64,000 nt of DNA from a virus. The notes below the pieces were generated by a model. The model was not told the origin of the DNA and ran no database searches. It saw only the letters and a list, made by a program, of their open reading frames with translations. This document shows positions 11,064 through 21,756 of this stretch, in pieces. The position numbers were made by a program, and so were the translations under genes. Each line of letters opens with the position of its first letter. Position 1 is the stretch's first letter. The stretch spans positions 1-64,000 of the IMG/VR virus record IMGVR_UViG_3300042505_001173; one strand, 5' to 3'.

Positions 11064-11107
11064 TTGTATATTTCCTTTTTTTACAACTGAAATATATATT
11101 TATTGAA

Positions 11108-11144
11108 GGGTATATACACTGTTTATTGAAAAGTGTATATACCC
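11108..11144 (-). terminator. Intergenic hairpin
   Basis: gggtatatacact / agtgtatataccc, 13-bp perfect stem after the 11152 gene. Confidence 0.65.
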
Positions 11145-11151
11145 ACGGTGA

Positions 11152-13023
11152 TTAAGCGTATGTAGTACCATATGTAAGTGTTGTTTCATTAGCAACAGTT
11201 ATATCAGTAGTAGCTACAAATGTTTCGGTCGGTATAGAACTTGTTGTTATACCAGCTACTCTTGTACGCGATGCGGTGGAATCACCGGTCGTAACTGTGT
11301 ATCCAGCCGGAGGTGTATACGCGTCATACGTAAATGTTGATTTAGTGAACGATCCTGACCCATCTGTCGGTACCCGTGCAACACCAAAGTAGTACGGTGG
11401 ACTGTAGTATGTACCATAATTAATATACATATAAGGTGAACCGGTATCGAACACCGTTGAATATGGATAAGTTCTCTGGTTTGTAGTAATGGAAAGCTTA
11501 AATTGATTAAGTACCGTAAAGGAGGTATCAAACTTAATCCACATTGCAGCAATATAATTTGGAGACCCAGCACCTGTTTCAACTTTTACAGATATGTATA
11601 ATTGATTTGAACTATTAATCGATAAATGGTCGTCAGAATACCAGGGTGCCGCGATACCTAATGTACCACCCAAATTATAACTCTTAACCCACAATAAAGT
11701 ACCAGAATTATCAATTTTAGCAATCTGTGAACCTCCAAGCGACACATAAACGTTATTAGAACTATCAAGAACCATACCGTATACATAGTCGTCGGATCCT
11801 GAATTATACTGGTAAGACCATAGTACGTTTCCTGATGAATCATATTTAACAACACCTAATGAAGAGTGTTGGTATGAAGTACTGTTGTAGTTAGCAAACG
11901 CATGGAATACATTGCCAACTGAATCTTCAACCATGCTACCGTCTCTGAAATATGTGTTTGCAGACCCTGCTTCTTGTCTTTGCCATATTATAGAATTACC
12001 GGAATCCATTGCAACAATTCTATGAGCGCCTGAATAGTTGTTACTAGCTACTGTACCATTCATATATATGTAGCGTCTACCTGTTGGGCCGACATACATT
12101 CTCCCGCGGAATTCATTCATAGGGCCAATAACTTTGTTATATTTAACCTGACTAGATAAATTACCGTTGAAGTCAATTTTGATCAAGTATGTATAATAAC
12201 TGCTCACTTGAGATTGCGCAAGCGCGATTAATATACCATCAGCAACAATAGCTTGGTCGTAGGCTTTACCATTGATTTGTTTCTTCCATTGTAAAGTACC
12301 AAATTGATCGTATTTAACTAATATAATAAAGCTACCGTTACTGTTAAACATCTGATATACATTCCCGCTTGAATCGGTAGTAGTATTATGGCCGTAATGA
12401 TTGTTAGGACTATCAGAAATCCGTGCATTTGCAATCCATTTTGCACTAGTAGGTGTAGCACTATTACTTGCTGCGCTTGCTGTACCGGTACCCGCTGCAC
12501 TCACCCCAGCTACGGTAAAGGTATATGCTGTACCCACTGTTAGACCTGTAACTATAATCGGTGAAGCTGCGCCCGTTCCGGTGAACCCACCTGGTGACGA
12601 GGTTACGGTATATGATGTAGTTGGTAGTGTACCTGCTGCTCCAGGTGTAAATGATACAGATACTTGGCTTGCTCCAGGTGTAGCTACTACAGATGTAGGC
12701 GCTGCTGGCAAAATTGCAGGGATAACACTATTACTTGGTACGCTAGCAGAACTTGTACCCGTTACACTTGTTGCTGTCACAGTAAAGGTGTATGCAGTAC
12801 CGTTTGTTAACCCGGGAACAACAATAGGTGATGTTGTACCAGATCCAGTAAACCCGCCCGGTGATGAGGTTACTGTATAACCGGTGATCGGGTTAGGAAC
12901 TGACGAACTCAAGGTAAATGACACTGAGGCCTGTCCAGGTGCCATTGTTGCAACTACAGATGTTGGTGAGTTTGGTACATATTTAAACGCAGAAACATGT
13001 GAGCCAATACGTGAAAAAATCAT
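11152..13023 (-). CDS. Two FN3 domains plus beta-propeller-like virion protein
   Basis: Two YTVTSSPGG...GLTxGTAYTFTV FN3 units followed by DSSGNVY-type blades; start MIFSRIG at 13023 overlaps the upstream stop (ATGA). Confidence 0.8.
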   Translation of the reverse strand: MIFSRIGSHVSAFKYVPNSPTSVVATMAPGQASVSFTLSSSVPNPITGYTVTSSPGGFTGSGTTSPIVVPGLTNGTAYTFTVTATSVTGTSSASVPSNSVIPAILPAAPTSVVATPGASQVSVSFTPGAAGTLPTTSYTVTSSPGGFTGTGAASPIIVTGLTVGTAYTFTVAGVSAAGTGTASAASNSATPTSAKWIANARISDSPNNHYGHNTTTDSSGNVYQMFNSNGSFIILVKYDQFGTLQWKKQINGKAYDQAIVADGILIALAQSQVSSYYTYLIKIDFNGNLSSQVKYNKVIGPMNEFRGRMYVGPTGRRYIYMNGTVASNNYSGAHRIVAMDSGNSIIWQRQEAGSANTYFRDGSMVEDSVGNVFHAFANYNSTSYQHSSLGVVKYDSSGNVLWSYQYNSGSDDYVYGMVLDSSNNVYVSLGGSQIAKIDNSGTLLWVKSYNLGGTLGIAAPWYSDDHLSINSSNQLYISVKVETGAGSPNYIAAMWIKFDTSFTVLNQFKLSITTNQRTYPYSTVFDTGSPYMYINYGTYYSPPYYFGVARVPTDGSGSFTKSTFTYDAYTPPAGYTVTTGDSTASRTRVAGITTSSIPTETFVATTDITVANETTLTYGTTYA

Positions 13024-14075
13024 GCGGAAAGATCCCCAATCAAATACCATTCATCGGTGCCACGCTTGATTAGCGAAGCTGAACTATATTGATTTGTTAA
13101 TTTTAAACGACTAGTTACACTTCGAATAGTTACACCTGCGGCTGCAGCGATTGTTGTTTGCCCGGTACCATATTGCACTATTATTATTTCTGTACCAATA
13201 GGGAAAGCTACTGATGAGTTTAATGGTATAGTTACTGTGTTAGCTGATGCAACATTTGTTTCAATTAATTTACCTGCATCGGCTAATACTAATGTATAGC
13301 TAGCAGTCTGTGTGTTAAACGATAGTGTAGCTTGTGCAACAGTAAGTGATTGCCAGGTTGGGGTGCTTGATCCGTTGGCTGACAATACGTAACCTACCGG
13401 TCCAACCGGGATAAATGAAGTTGTACTCACAGCTGATTGGTATGGTATCATACCAACGTTACCTCCAACTAGGTTCGGTACAGTCGTTCCAGCTCGTTTA
13501 TTATTAATAATCCATTTTGTACCGTCACAAACGATTTGCACACTATCTTTGTACGGTAGCGTAAATGTAGCGGCATTATCTATCAATTCACTCGCATTTG
13601 GATCGATAGTAATAGTATCAGAGCTAGTCGTAGATGAATTCCAAATTATAACAGAAAAGCCTGTACCTAATGTACCAGCTGATGTTAATGATATTGTAAA
13701 TGAGCCAGATGTACAGTTAATTACTTTACCAGCATCAGAAGCTACAACAGTGTATGCAGCTGTCTTATTATTAATAGATACAAATGACGGTGTTGTCCAT
13801 GTTGGAGCACCAGTACCGTTTGACGTTAACATTTGCCCTGCTGTACCATTTGTAACAAAAGCTGTTGTTCCGACCGCTGATTGATATGGAACCTGCCCTG
13901 CTGTCCCACCAATAATATTAGTTGAATTTGTAGCGTTCCCGTCAACTCCAGTAAACGTTAAATTACCTGAACCCACTAATGACTGACCATTAATAGTTTT
14001 AATATTGGTACCGGATACTAGTACAGCTTGCTTATCTGTGTCTCCGACCGCTCCTGTAGGAAATGTAACCGCCAT
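13020..14075 (-). CDS. Tail fibre adaptor-like protein
   Basis: LVSGTNIKTING module, YTVVASDAGK domain, C-terminal YTLVLADAGK...WYLIGDL domain. Confidence 0.75.
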   Translation of the reverse strand: MAVTFPTGAVGDTDKQAVLVSGTNIKTINGQSLVGSGNLTFTGVDGNATNSTNIIGGTAGQVPYQSAVGTTAFVTNGTAGQMLTSNGTGAPTWTTPSFVSINNKTAAYTVVASDAGKVINCTSGSFTISLTSAGTLGTGFSVIIWNSSTTSSDTITIDPNASELIDNAATFTLPYKDSVQIVCDGTKWIINNKRAGTTVPNLVGGNVGMIPYQSAVSTTSFIPVGPVGYVLSANGSSTPTWQSLTVAQATLSFNTQTASYTLVLADAGKLIETNVASANTVTIPLNSSVAFPIGTEIIIVQYGTGQTTIAAAAGVTIRSVTSRLKLTNQYSSASLIKRGTDEWYLIGDLSA

Positions 14076-14124
14076 GTGTAGCTCCTATAATTTTATGAAA
14101 TTTATAATGTCGTGAAAATTACGG

Positions 14125-15303
14125 TTACACACCACAATCCAAGAAAGACATTGTTAGTGTATCGGTAGCAGCATTGTTATTAGCAAAATACGGCGCATTA
14201 AACGGGTAATACGTATTTGTATCTTTTGGTACCCATGCTGTTGTGGTTAACGCAGGCATGGTACCGTTGAACGTAAACAGTACACCGGTTGAATCTTTTG
14301 AAGTGGCGTTACTATTTGTTACAACTCCACCCATCGTAATTGATATAGAAGCTGTTGCACTCGATGAGGATCTTATTAAAATACATTTACCTGTCGGAGC
14401 TCCAACAATAGTTGCTGAGGTGTCATTAGCAGCTTTGGTAACTGTTGTACATTTCGCTAATAAATTTGCATATGCTGTGGGATTAGCTCTCACTACGCTG
14501 ATGATGTTATATAATACATTGGATATTGCAACAATACCTTGTGTAAGCATAATATATAATGCTTTTTTAGCATCGGCATTTGCTGCTAAAAAGTTAGCTA
14601 ATAAATTATTATCAGTCATAAATGCACTAAACAATGACTCGTTTCTAGATGATATTGCCATTATAGTATTAATCAATAGCAATCTAGTACTTAATCCGGT
14701 AGCATTTGTTGCGATATCAGATAATATTAGTTGGAAATCATCAACAAACTTCACTTGTGACATGTATTGTAGTGTACCATTACTAATAGAAATATACATA
14801 TTTGTATACATTAAAATCATAATTTTATCTGTATACGACATCCCAGTAGTTAAACTGTCCCAAGTTGATTTTAAGGAAACTCCAGCTGATGGGTCTATAG
14901 CATTTGGTGAGTTGATCAACATACGCAAAACAGCCATACGTCTCGACTTCTGCGTCATTCCATTTTCAGCTGGTAACGCTAAAGCTGCGGTTGTATGTGC
15001 TGCAGTCCAAAACCCATACGGCATTGATGCAAACATGTTAGCGGACGTACCTAAAGCATGAGGTGTACCTGAATTACTGGACGTCAACCAATCAACTTGA
15101 TCTGCAATACTCCATGTAAGCAACACATCAAACTTATTGGTGGTAACAGGAACAGTTGCAAGGTTAGTAGATAGTAACCGATATGCTGCACCTGCATCCG
15201 CTGCATCTTGAGACGACAACCCAGCTGCAACATTGGTTGCAAACGTAAAGGTTTTTTCTGTTAAATTTTTATGCCCTAACGTTATAGTATTTGTAAAAGC
15301 CAT
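14125..15303 (-). CDS. Hypothetical protein in the tail locus
   Basis: 392-aa ORF with RBS; no recognised motif. Confidence 0.6.
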   Translation of the reverse strand: MAFTNTITLGHKNLTEKTFTFATNVAAGLSSQDAADAGAAYRLLSTNLATVPVTTNKFDVLLTWSIADQVDWLTSSNSGTPHALGTSANMFASMPYGFWTAAHTTAALALPAENGMTQKSRRMAVLRMLINSPNAIDPSAGVSLKSTWDSLTTGMSYTDKIMILMYTNMYISISNGTLQYMSQVKFVDDFQLILSDIATNATGLSTRLLLINTIMAISSRNESLFSAFMTDNNLLANFLAANADAKKALYIMLTQGIVAISNVLYNIISVVRANPTAYANLLAKCTTVTKAANDTSATIVGAPTGKCILIRSSSSATASISITMGGVVTNSNATSKDSTGVLFTFNGTMPALTTTAWVPKDTNTYYPFNAPYFANNNAATDTLTMSFLDCGV

Positions 15304-15321
15304 TGTAAGATCCTATTTAAA

Positions 15322-16119
15322 TTATACGGTTACAGCTGCGATATTAAAAGCGCGTCTACATTTAGCAACCGTTTCTACCATTGCTGCTTGTGTCGTTGTT
15401 GATGATAATGTACTCGTAGGTGTAAAAGAAACCAAATTAGCGCTAGTTGTAAAACCAATCGTTACAGCAACAATTTCAAACAATACAGATACTCCTGCAC
15501 TAACCCCGGTAGCTAAGGTGACGGTATTCGTATTTGTTTCTGTATACGTACCTGGGTATAGTTTAACACCATTAACAAAAACAGAAACACTATTAGTGCC
15601 GAGGATATACGAATTTGTTAAGGTGAAAACAGTTTGATTAGCTGTTGCAGTAATAACTTGTCGTGATATACTAGCAGTAGGGGTTGTTGAAATCGATGAT
15701 GAAATACCGATTTCAAAAAACACAATTGTACCTGCTGGTACACCTGACGATAAGGTTATAATATTGTTATCAGTTTCAGTATAGGTGTTTGGGAACTGTC
15801 GCACCCCATTAATATATACAGCAATATTATTAATACCTATGACATACCGGTTAGCTAATGTAAAAACAGTTTGATTAGCGGTTGCAGTAATAGATTGTCT
15901 AATGATGCTGGTATTAGCAACACTGGTAATAGATATATCACCTGAACCTAATAACGATGTACCGTTAATAGTTTTAATATTTGATCCAGGTACAAGTACA
16001 GCTTGTCCACCTAGTGCTGTTAATGCTGCACTTGACGTCGAAGAACCTGTCCCACCTGAGGTTATAGGTAGCGTACCAGTAAGTGTTCCGCGTAAGATTG
16101 TAGAGAGGTTCTTAGACAT
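15322..16119 (-). CDS. Tail fibre-like structural protein
   Basis: MSKNLST.LRG module; two TATANQTVFTL...V(Y/F).NGV...YTET repeats. Confidence 0.75.
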   Translation of the reverse strand: MSKNLSTILRGTLTGTLPITSGGTGSSTSSAALTALGGQAVLVPGSNIKTINGTSLLGSGDISITSVANTSIIRQSITATANQTVFTLANRYVIGINNIAVYINGVRQFPNTYTETDNNIITLSSGVPAGTIVFFEIGISSSISTTPTASISRQVITATANQTVFTLTNSYILGTNSVSVFVNGVKLYPGTYTETNTNTVTLATGVSAGVSVLFEIVAVTIGFTTSANLVSFTPTSTLSSTTTQAAMVETVAKCRRAFNIAAVTV

Positions 16120-16134
16120 CGTATTCCTTTATAA

Positions 16135-16428
16135 TTAAACTGCTACTGAACCGTTCATATCAGCTTGCGCTGACACCCAATTATAGCATTTCGATAAGAA
16201 GTTTTCACCTTCTTGAGCTTCAATTTCAGCTAAAGGAGTGTGATAACGTCTAAAATCGATGTCTTTTGTATCATCGTTACTTGGTTGTGTTGCATAACCG
16301 ACAACATCAATCATTACAGAAAATTGTGCTGCACGCTGTCTTGAAATACTCGCTGTAACGATCCGAAAATATGCACCTTGGAATGGAATTCCAAAGTTTG
16401 AGGTTTGTAAGTCTAATTGAATTGCCAT
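16135..16428 (-). CDS. Small tail-associated hypothetical protein
   Basis: 97 aa with RBS, directly after a fibre gene. Confidence 0.6.
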   Translation of the reverse strand: MAIQLDLQTSNFGIPFQGAYFRIVTASISRQRAAQFSVMIDVVGYATQPSNDDTKDIDFRRYHTPLAEIEAQEGENFLSKCYNWVSAQADMNGSVAV

Positions 16429-16453
16429 TTTTAGTTCCTAATTTGTTAATTGA

Positions 16454-17998
16454 TTATGCAAATATAACTTCACTTGTATTTAATGTTGCAACATATCTTG
16501 TTTGTGCTCCACTCGAACCTGACGTTATTTTAACGGCTTTATTTGTAGTGTCCAACGATATTGTTGGAGCTACTAAACCTATTGAATCTGTACCAATAAG
16601 TGTTAAAGCTAACCCAGTACTAGTTAATGTTCCACCGTTATTTGATACAGCTCCTGTAATATTCCATGCAGCTATATTACCATTTCCTGACTGTTTAGCA
16701 ATTAAAGTACCTTGGATAGCCATTGATTGACCTGTCGCTACGATAAGTTGGTTCGTAGTAGTAGCTGCTGCACCATCAGATGTAAGAACTACAGCAGGTG
16801 TTGATGTTTGCGCACGTAAAACAATTTTTCCAAATTGAGCGTCTCCTCTATCGTAGATAGGACCGGCCGAAAATGTATATTTACCAATCTGCGCAGCTAA
16901 CGATTGGTAACCAGCTGCAAATGAATATTGACCTGAAGCAATATTACTCCCACCTATTACTGATGAACCTGAACCTGAAGCTGTATTATCATTACCTAAA
17001 ATTGATGAATTATCACCGGAAGCAAAATTATTGCTACCTATAGCTATAGCGTTCGCGTTGATCGCCTGAGACATACCTAATGCTATTGCGGATGAATGGG
17101 TAGCTTTTGCACGGATACCTATAGTAATACTATTAGCACCGGTTGATCCATAAGTTCCCGTATTATCTTTACCGGCTGCTGCAAAACTATCTGCACCACT
17201 GGCATACGATCCACCTAATGCCATCGCTCCTGCACCTGTAGCTGTTACAGAACCTTGATAGTTGGAGTTACTTCCTATCGCTGCTGACACATCTGCACCT
17301 GCAGTGATGATACCAGCTGAACCGAGTGCGATGGAATTTGCACCTGATGCAGTAGCTCCATAAGCGCCAGCCGCAAATGACGTCGACCCTGTAGCAGTCA
17401 CGTTATGGCATCCAATAGCTACACTATTATTACCCGTTGCGACGGGTCTTGCATATGATCCTGCTAATTCTCGATTTTCAGCATAGCACTTCATTGGTTT
17501 CTTATTATCTATTTGCCAATTTGTACCATCACATACAATGTCTAAACCTTCACCGCGTCTTAATATAATTGTAGTTAACCCATCGATAGTTTCAGCTGCA
17601 TTTGGATCTATAGTGATTGCCTGGGTATACGTGGTGTTGGTATTCCAAATACTACAAGTAAACCCACTACCTAAAGTAGCGGCAGCAGTTAAGCTGACAG
17701 TAAATGCACCTCCAGTGCAATTTATTATTTTACCTAAATCACCTGCAACAACTGTATAAGCTGCTGTTTTATTTGATATGGTTTTAGTAGCACTTGATCC
17801 GCCTGAAATAGTAACATCGCCGGAACCTAATATTGAGGTACCGTTTATTGTTTTAACATTTGCGCCAGATACCAATGTCGCTTGTGCACCTAAAGCAGTT
17901 AACGCACCCAACGAGGATGTTTCACCTGTACCACCGTTGGAAATTGGTAGAGTGCCGTATGTGGTACCACGTAACACCGAAGATAAACTTTTTGTCAT
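16454..17998 (-). CDS. Tail fibre with YadA-head-like repeats
   Basis: About 14-aa periodic SVAIG/SFAAG/SIALG motifs; start MTKSLSSVLRG at 17998 overlaps the upstream TGA. Confidence 0.8.
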   Translation of the reverse strand: MTKSLSSVLRGTTYGTLPISNGGTGETSSLGALTALGAQATLVSGANVKTINGTSILGSGDVTISGGSSATKTISNKTAAYTVVAGDLGKIINCTGGAFTVSLTAAATLGSGFTCSIWNTNTTYTQAITIDPNAAETIDGLTTIILRRGEGLDIVCDGTNWQIDNKKPMKCYAENRELAGSYARPVATGNNSVAIGCHNVTATGSTSFAAGAYGATASGANSIALGSAGIITAGADVSAAIGSNSNYQGSVTATGAGAMALGGSYASGADSFAAAGKDNTGTYGSTGANSITIGIRAKATHSSAIALGMSQAINANAIAIGSNNFASGDNSSILGNDNTASGSGSSVIGGSNIASGQYSFAAGYQSLAAQIGKYTFSAGPIYDRGDAQFGKIVLRAQTSTPAVVLTSDGAAATTTNQLIVATGQSMAIQGTLIAKQSGNGNIAAWNITGAVSNNGGTLTSTGLALTLIGTDSIGLVAPTISLDTTNKAVKITSGSSGAQTRYVATLNTSEVIFA

Positions 17999-18450
17999 AA
18001 TACTATCTCTTGATTTGTTGGAGATATTGGCCAAGAGACGCTATATGGGAACCCATCTTGGTTAGTAATATCTCGAAGCTTTTGTCTATATTCAAGCCAC
18101 GCTACTTTATCAGTAGTTGCGTCAGGGATTTGAGTCCAATCTGATTCTAATAGTAGTATATTGCGCATTCTTCGTACTGTAGTCGATTCAAGTGTGGTAT
18201 CGGCCTGAATTTCATCTAGTGATTTATCTTGAATAATAATATTAAAAACCTGCCCACCTTCAATATACGGTTCAACCTGAATGAGTTTTTGTGTTGAACT
18301 ATGAGGTAAGGTAGTGGTTACAAATGTGCAACCCTGATTAATTAAATAATCTTCATCGGGTATACCGTTAGGAAAACTCACATTTGGAAACATACCTACG
18401 ACGGTGCTAACCGTTTCAATTTTATTGTTTGTTATTTTTGCGATCAACAT
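17995..18450 (-). CDS. Tail fibre assembly chaperone-like protein
   Basis: RNILLLESDWTQIPD...WLEYRQKLRDITNQDGFP...WP signature. Confidence 0.85.
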   Translation of the reverse strand: MLIAKITNNKIETVSTVVGMFPNVSFPNGIPDEDYLINQGCTFVTTTLPHSSTQKLIQVEPYIEGGQVFNIIIQDKSLDEIQADTTLESTTVRRMRNILLLESDWTQIPDATTDKVAWLEYRQKLRDITNQDGFPYSVSWPISPTNQEIVL

Positions 18451-18459
18451 TAATGCACC

Positions 18460-19095
18460 TTAAACGTAAAATAGTTTAAAATTATATAGTTCTACATAAC
18501 TCGCTGACGAGTACGATCCATCATTATATAGTCTTAATCTAATATATCTTGCTTGAACTGTTGTAAAATTAACAGCTATCCCTGTAGATGTAGGACTATT
18601 ATCCAAATAATTAAACCCGTGAACATTTGTCCAGTTAGCTGAGGTTCTTGTTTCAAGGTTACCGGACGATGATATATCTAAGGCTGCGTGTGTGGTTTTT
18701 CCATCGGAAAATGTTTGATAGTATCTCGCATGGTTAAAAGTTCTAAGCTGACCTAAATCGATTACTATACATGCTGGGTTTGCGCTAGTGATTACGGATC
18801 CTACAGAAAACGTAGACGCGTTGTTTGCAGATGCAGCCTTCGCTGTACGGTTAATAGTATTGGTTTCTGACCCTTGGGTATTTAAACAACCAAAAGGTGG
18901 CCATGAACCTGTAGCAACAGTACTAGAGATGTTGTACCCGTTAGGTCCATAATATGCATCTGTCGTAGGTGTTCCTGATCCAACAGTAGTCGTACCAATT
19001 GCTATACCAGCTATAGATGCATCAGCAAAATTTATCCCTGTTACGCCAGCTGGTCCACCGGAGGTTAGCATTTCCAATACCTGTAAGGAACTCAT
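18460..19095 (-). CDS. Discoidin / F5-8 type C-like carbohydrate-binding protein
   Basis: IVIDLG and ARYIRLRL motifs. Confidence 0.7.
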   Translation of the reverse strand: MSSLQVLEMLTSGGPAGVTGINFADASIAGIAIGTTTVGSGTPTTDAYYGPNGYNISSTVATGSWPPFGCLNTQGSETNTINRTAKAASANNASTFSVGSVITSANPACIVIDLGQLRTFNHARYYQTFSDGKTTHAALDISSSGNLETRTSANWTNVHGFNYLDNSPTSTGIAVNFTTVQARYIRLRLYNDGSYSSASYVELYNFKLFYV

Positions 19096-20711
19096 TTTAT
19101 GTCCTTAGCTATCAAACCAGTCCAAGATACACCTCCGTCATGGGTGTAAAAACCAATAGTATCTCTACCAGCAGCTGTTAAAGTTGGTACTGTTCCACCT
19201 ACCCATTTGATACCTGTCCACCATGTAACTATTGCTGAACCACCATTTGTCAATTCTAATATAAATGTTGCTAATGTATCTGTAACTGGTACATTACTAA
19301 CTGTTAGAGTTGTAGCTGCACTTATCGTTTTTGTAAAAGCGTTACCTAGCGATAAATTAATATCGTTTGCAGCTAATGTTATTTTTGTTTCTTTTAATCC
19401 TGCTATAGTAGGCGAGGTGTTAAACACTAATGAACCTGAGCCTGTTTCGTCTGTTATAGCTGCTATTAAGTTTGCACTGGATGGTGAAGTTAGCCAATTT
19501 GTTACGCCGGTACCGTAGGTAATAACCGAGGATGAACTACCAGAAGGTGTTTCTAATAGTTTCCAGTTTGCTGATAAACTATTATATACGAATGAAACGT
19601 ACGTGCCACTGACATCTAATATAAAGGCTGTATTATCTGACTCAATGGTTTTTCCTGTATTCGGTAACACTGTTACAGGGTTTGTTCTAAAGTTGTTGTT
19701 GATATCTAAAATCGCAACAGTAGCTCCATCGGTTGGAGAACCAGGAAATGTAACAGAGAACCCACCTAATGTTGTGTCGCATCGAACTAATTCATTAATA
19801 GCTGCAGTGTAGTTAGAGGTTTTAATACTTGATGCGGTTAAACCGGTACCACCTGAACCTGATGCTCCAGATGACGCTATGATGTTAGGAGTTTCTAATA
19901 CTTTCCAATTAGAATTTGCACCAATATACATGAGTGTAATATATGTGCTGTCAATATCTAAAATAACAGCGCCACTATCAAACTCAACCGTGTTTCCAGC
20001 GGCTGGAACTAATATTAAATTATTAGATCCAAATGTACCGTATACATCAACGATACCTACCATAGTTCCATCGGTCGGTAGCGTCGGTAATGTTACACTA
20101 AACATCCCTGCAGCGGTGTTACAGCGTACTAGTTCGTTGAAACCCGCTAAATAATTTGAAATTTTAATTGGCGTAGGTTTAAGTCCAGAAGCTGAGGTAT
20201 TTCCACTGAAAGTAAACGGAATAGTTAACAAACGCCAATTAGTTGTTGCTGCGTTATAAACAAATAACGCGTATGCTCCATTTACATCTAATGTTAATGA
20301 TATAGCATCACCTTCAATAGTTGCGCCTGATCCAGGTACTAATGTAACAGGATGAGAACTAAAGGTTTTAGCGACATCTAAAATTCCAACTTGTGTACCA
20401 TCTGTCGGTGATGAAGGGAACGTTATAGTAATTGGGGTTTCAGTGGTATCAGCACGTACTAAATCGTACATCTCCGCTGTATAGTTTGTGGTTTTAATAG
20501 GGGTTGCGAGTACACTACCCCCACCTCCCCCACCGGTATCCATAATTGATGCTACACCATTAGTGATTTTTAATACACCTGTTGTAGATGTCGACAATCC
20601 ACTAATTGAAGTTAGTAGACTATTAATGGTTTGAGGTGCAACACCATTAATAGTTAGGTTGCCGGTACTAGCTGATATATTATTATTAACGTGATCTAAA
20701 AAAATACTCAT
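19092..20711 (-). CDS. Tail fibre adaptor-like protein with three repeated domains
   Basis: Three IKT.NY.A...LVR.(D/N)T domains; C-terminal KWVGGTVPTLT...KDIK. Confidence 0.75.
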   Translation of the reverse strand: MSIFLDHVNNNISASTGNLTINGVAPQTINSLLTSISGLSTSTTGVLKITNGVASIMDTGGGGGGSVLATPIKTTNYTAEMYDLVRADTTETPITITFPSSPTDGTQVGILDVAKTFSSHPVTLVPGSGATIEGDAISLTLDVNGAYALFVYNAATTNWRLLTIPFTFSGNTSASGLKPTPIKISNYLAGFNELVRCNTAAGMFSVTLPTLPTDGTMVGIVDVYGTFGSNNLILVPAAGNTVEFDSGAVILDIDSTYITLMYIGANSNWKVLETPNIIASSGASGSGGTGLTASSIKTSNYTAAINELVRCDTTLGGFSVTFPGSPTDGATVAILDINNNFRTNPVTVLPNTGKTIESDNTAFILDVSGTYVSFVYNSLSANWKLLETPSGSSSSVITYGTGVTNWLTSPSSANLIAAITDETGSGSLVFNTSPTIAGLKETKITLAANDINLSLGNAFTKTISAATTLTVSNVPVTDTLATFILELTNGGSAIVTWWTGIKWVGGTVPTLTAAGRDTIGFYTHDGGVSWTGLIAKDIK

Positions 20712-21595
20712 CCTGTTACCTCAACCGTTTGAACCGTTGCGACCCATTTAATTGATTTTCCAGCTTCCCCAACTACAGATATTGATAATCCTCCGTATAC
20801 AGTATCAGCAACCAAATTTGCATCCCAAACCATGGTATCTTCAGCTAATAATTGTTTAGATGGTGCACCTATAAAAGATGTACTAGCTGGTGTCGAATTC
20901 CGGTCTATACAACCTTCAAAAATATATGCTGCGCTTTCATTATTGATGTCAGATCTTCTTGCTACAATATTAACCCTGAAAAAATAAGTACTATCATTTG
21001 GTAAAATAACCTGATTGTTTAAACTTGCTGCTTCAGCATCGCTTGTCAATACGGTGATAGTATCATCTGACGTTTGTGCTCGCAACACCATCATTCCAAA
21101 TTGAGCGTCACCAGCTGCGGTAAATTGTCCTGACGCGTAAGCATATTTACCGGTTATACTCGATGATGAATTTGTTCCAAGTGCTACTGAATTTGAACCT
21201 ACAGCGTATGGCCGTACTGAAGTAGGTGTTGAGTTTTCAGCATATAGTCTAGTGCTTCTATCTGAATTTACTTGCCAATTAGTACCATCGCACAATATTT
21301 GTAACCCTTCACCGCGATGTAGGGTTAAGCTGTCAACTCCGTCTATAGTCTCTAAACCGTTAGGGTCAACAGTAACAACATCTGTAGAGTTTGAAGAACT
21401 ATTCCAAAGCGTAATATAAAAACCAAGCCTAATTGTAATAGCTGGTGGTAACGATAATGTAAAAGAATTACCTGTACAATTAAGAATTTTACCACCGTCG
21501 GAAATATTTACCGAATAGGTGGAAGATAAATTGATGATAGGTATACTAGGAATATTGCTATTAACCGCACGTGAATAAACAGTGCTAAAACTCAT
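20708..21595 (-). CDS. Short tail fibre-like protein, paralog of 16454
   Basis: Shares IDG...L.RGEGL.I.CDGTNWQ and DAQFG..VLRAQTS domains. Confidence 0.75.
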   Translation of the reverse strand: MSFSTVYSRAVNSNIPSIPIINLSSTYSVNISDGGKILNCTGNSFTLSLPPAITIRLGFYITLWNSSSNSTDVVTVDPNGLETIDGVDSLTLHRGEGLQILCDGTNWQVNSDRSTRLYAENSTPTSVRPYAVGSNSVALGTNSSSSITGKYAYASGQFTAAGDAQFGMMVLRAQTSDDTITVLTSDAEAASLNNQVILPNDSTYFFRVNIVARRSDINNESAAYIFEGCIDRNSTPASTSFIGAPSKQLLAEDTMVWDANLVADTVYGGLSISVVGEAGKSIKWVATVQTVEVTG

Positions 21596-21756
21596 ACACT
21601 ATCTCCAATAATAAACAAAAAGAGTATTTACTCTTATTTTGCATACGCATATTTGTAACCGTTTTTAAGTACTAACGAATAATATTATTTATCACACATT
21701 GTGATATGTTAACTATACAAAACTCAATAGGTATTTTAAAATGATAGTTAGCAATA

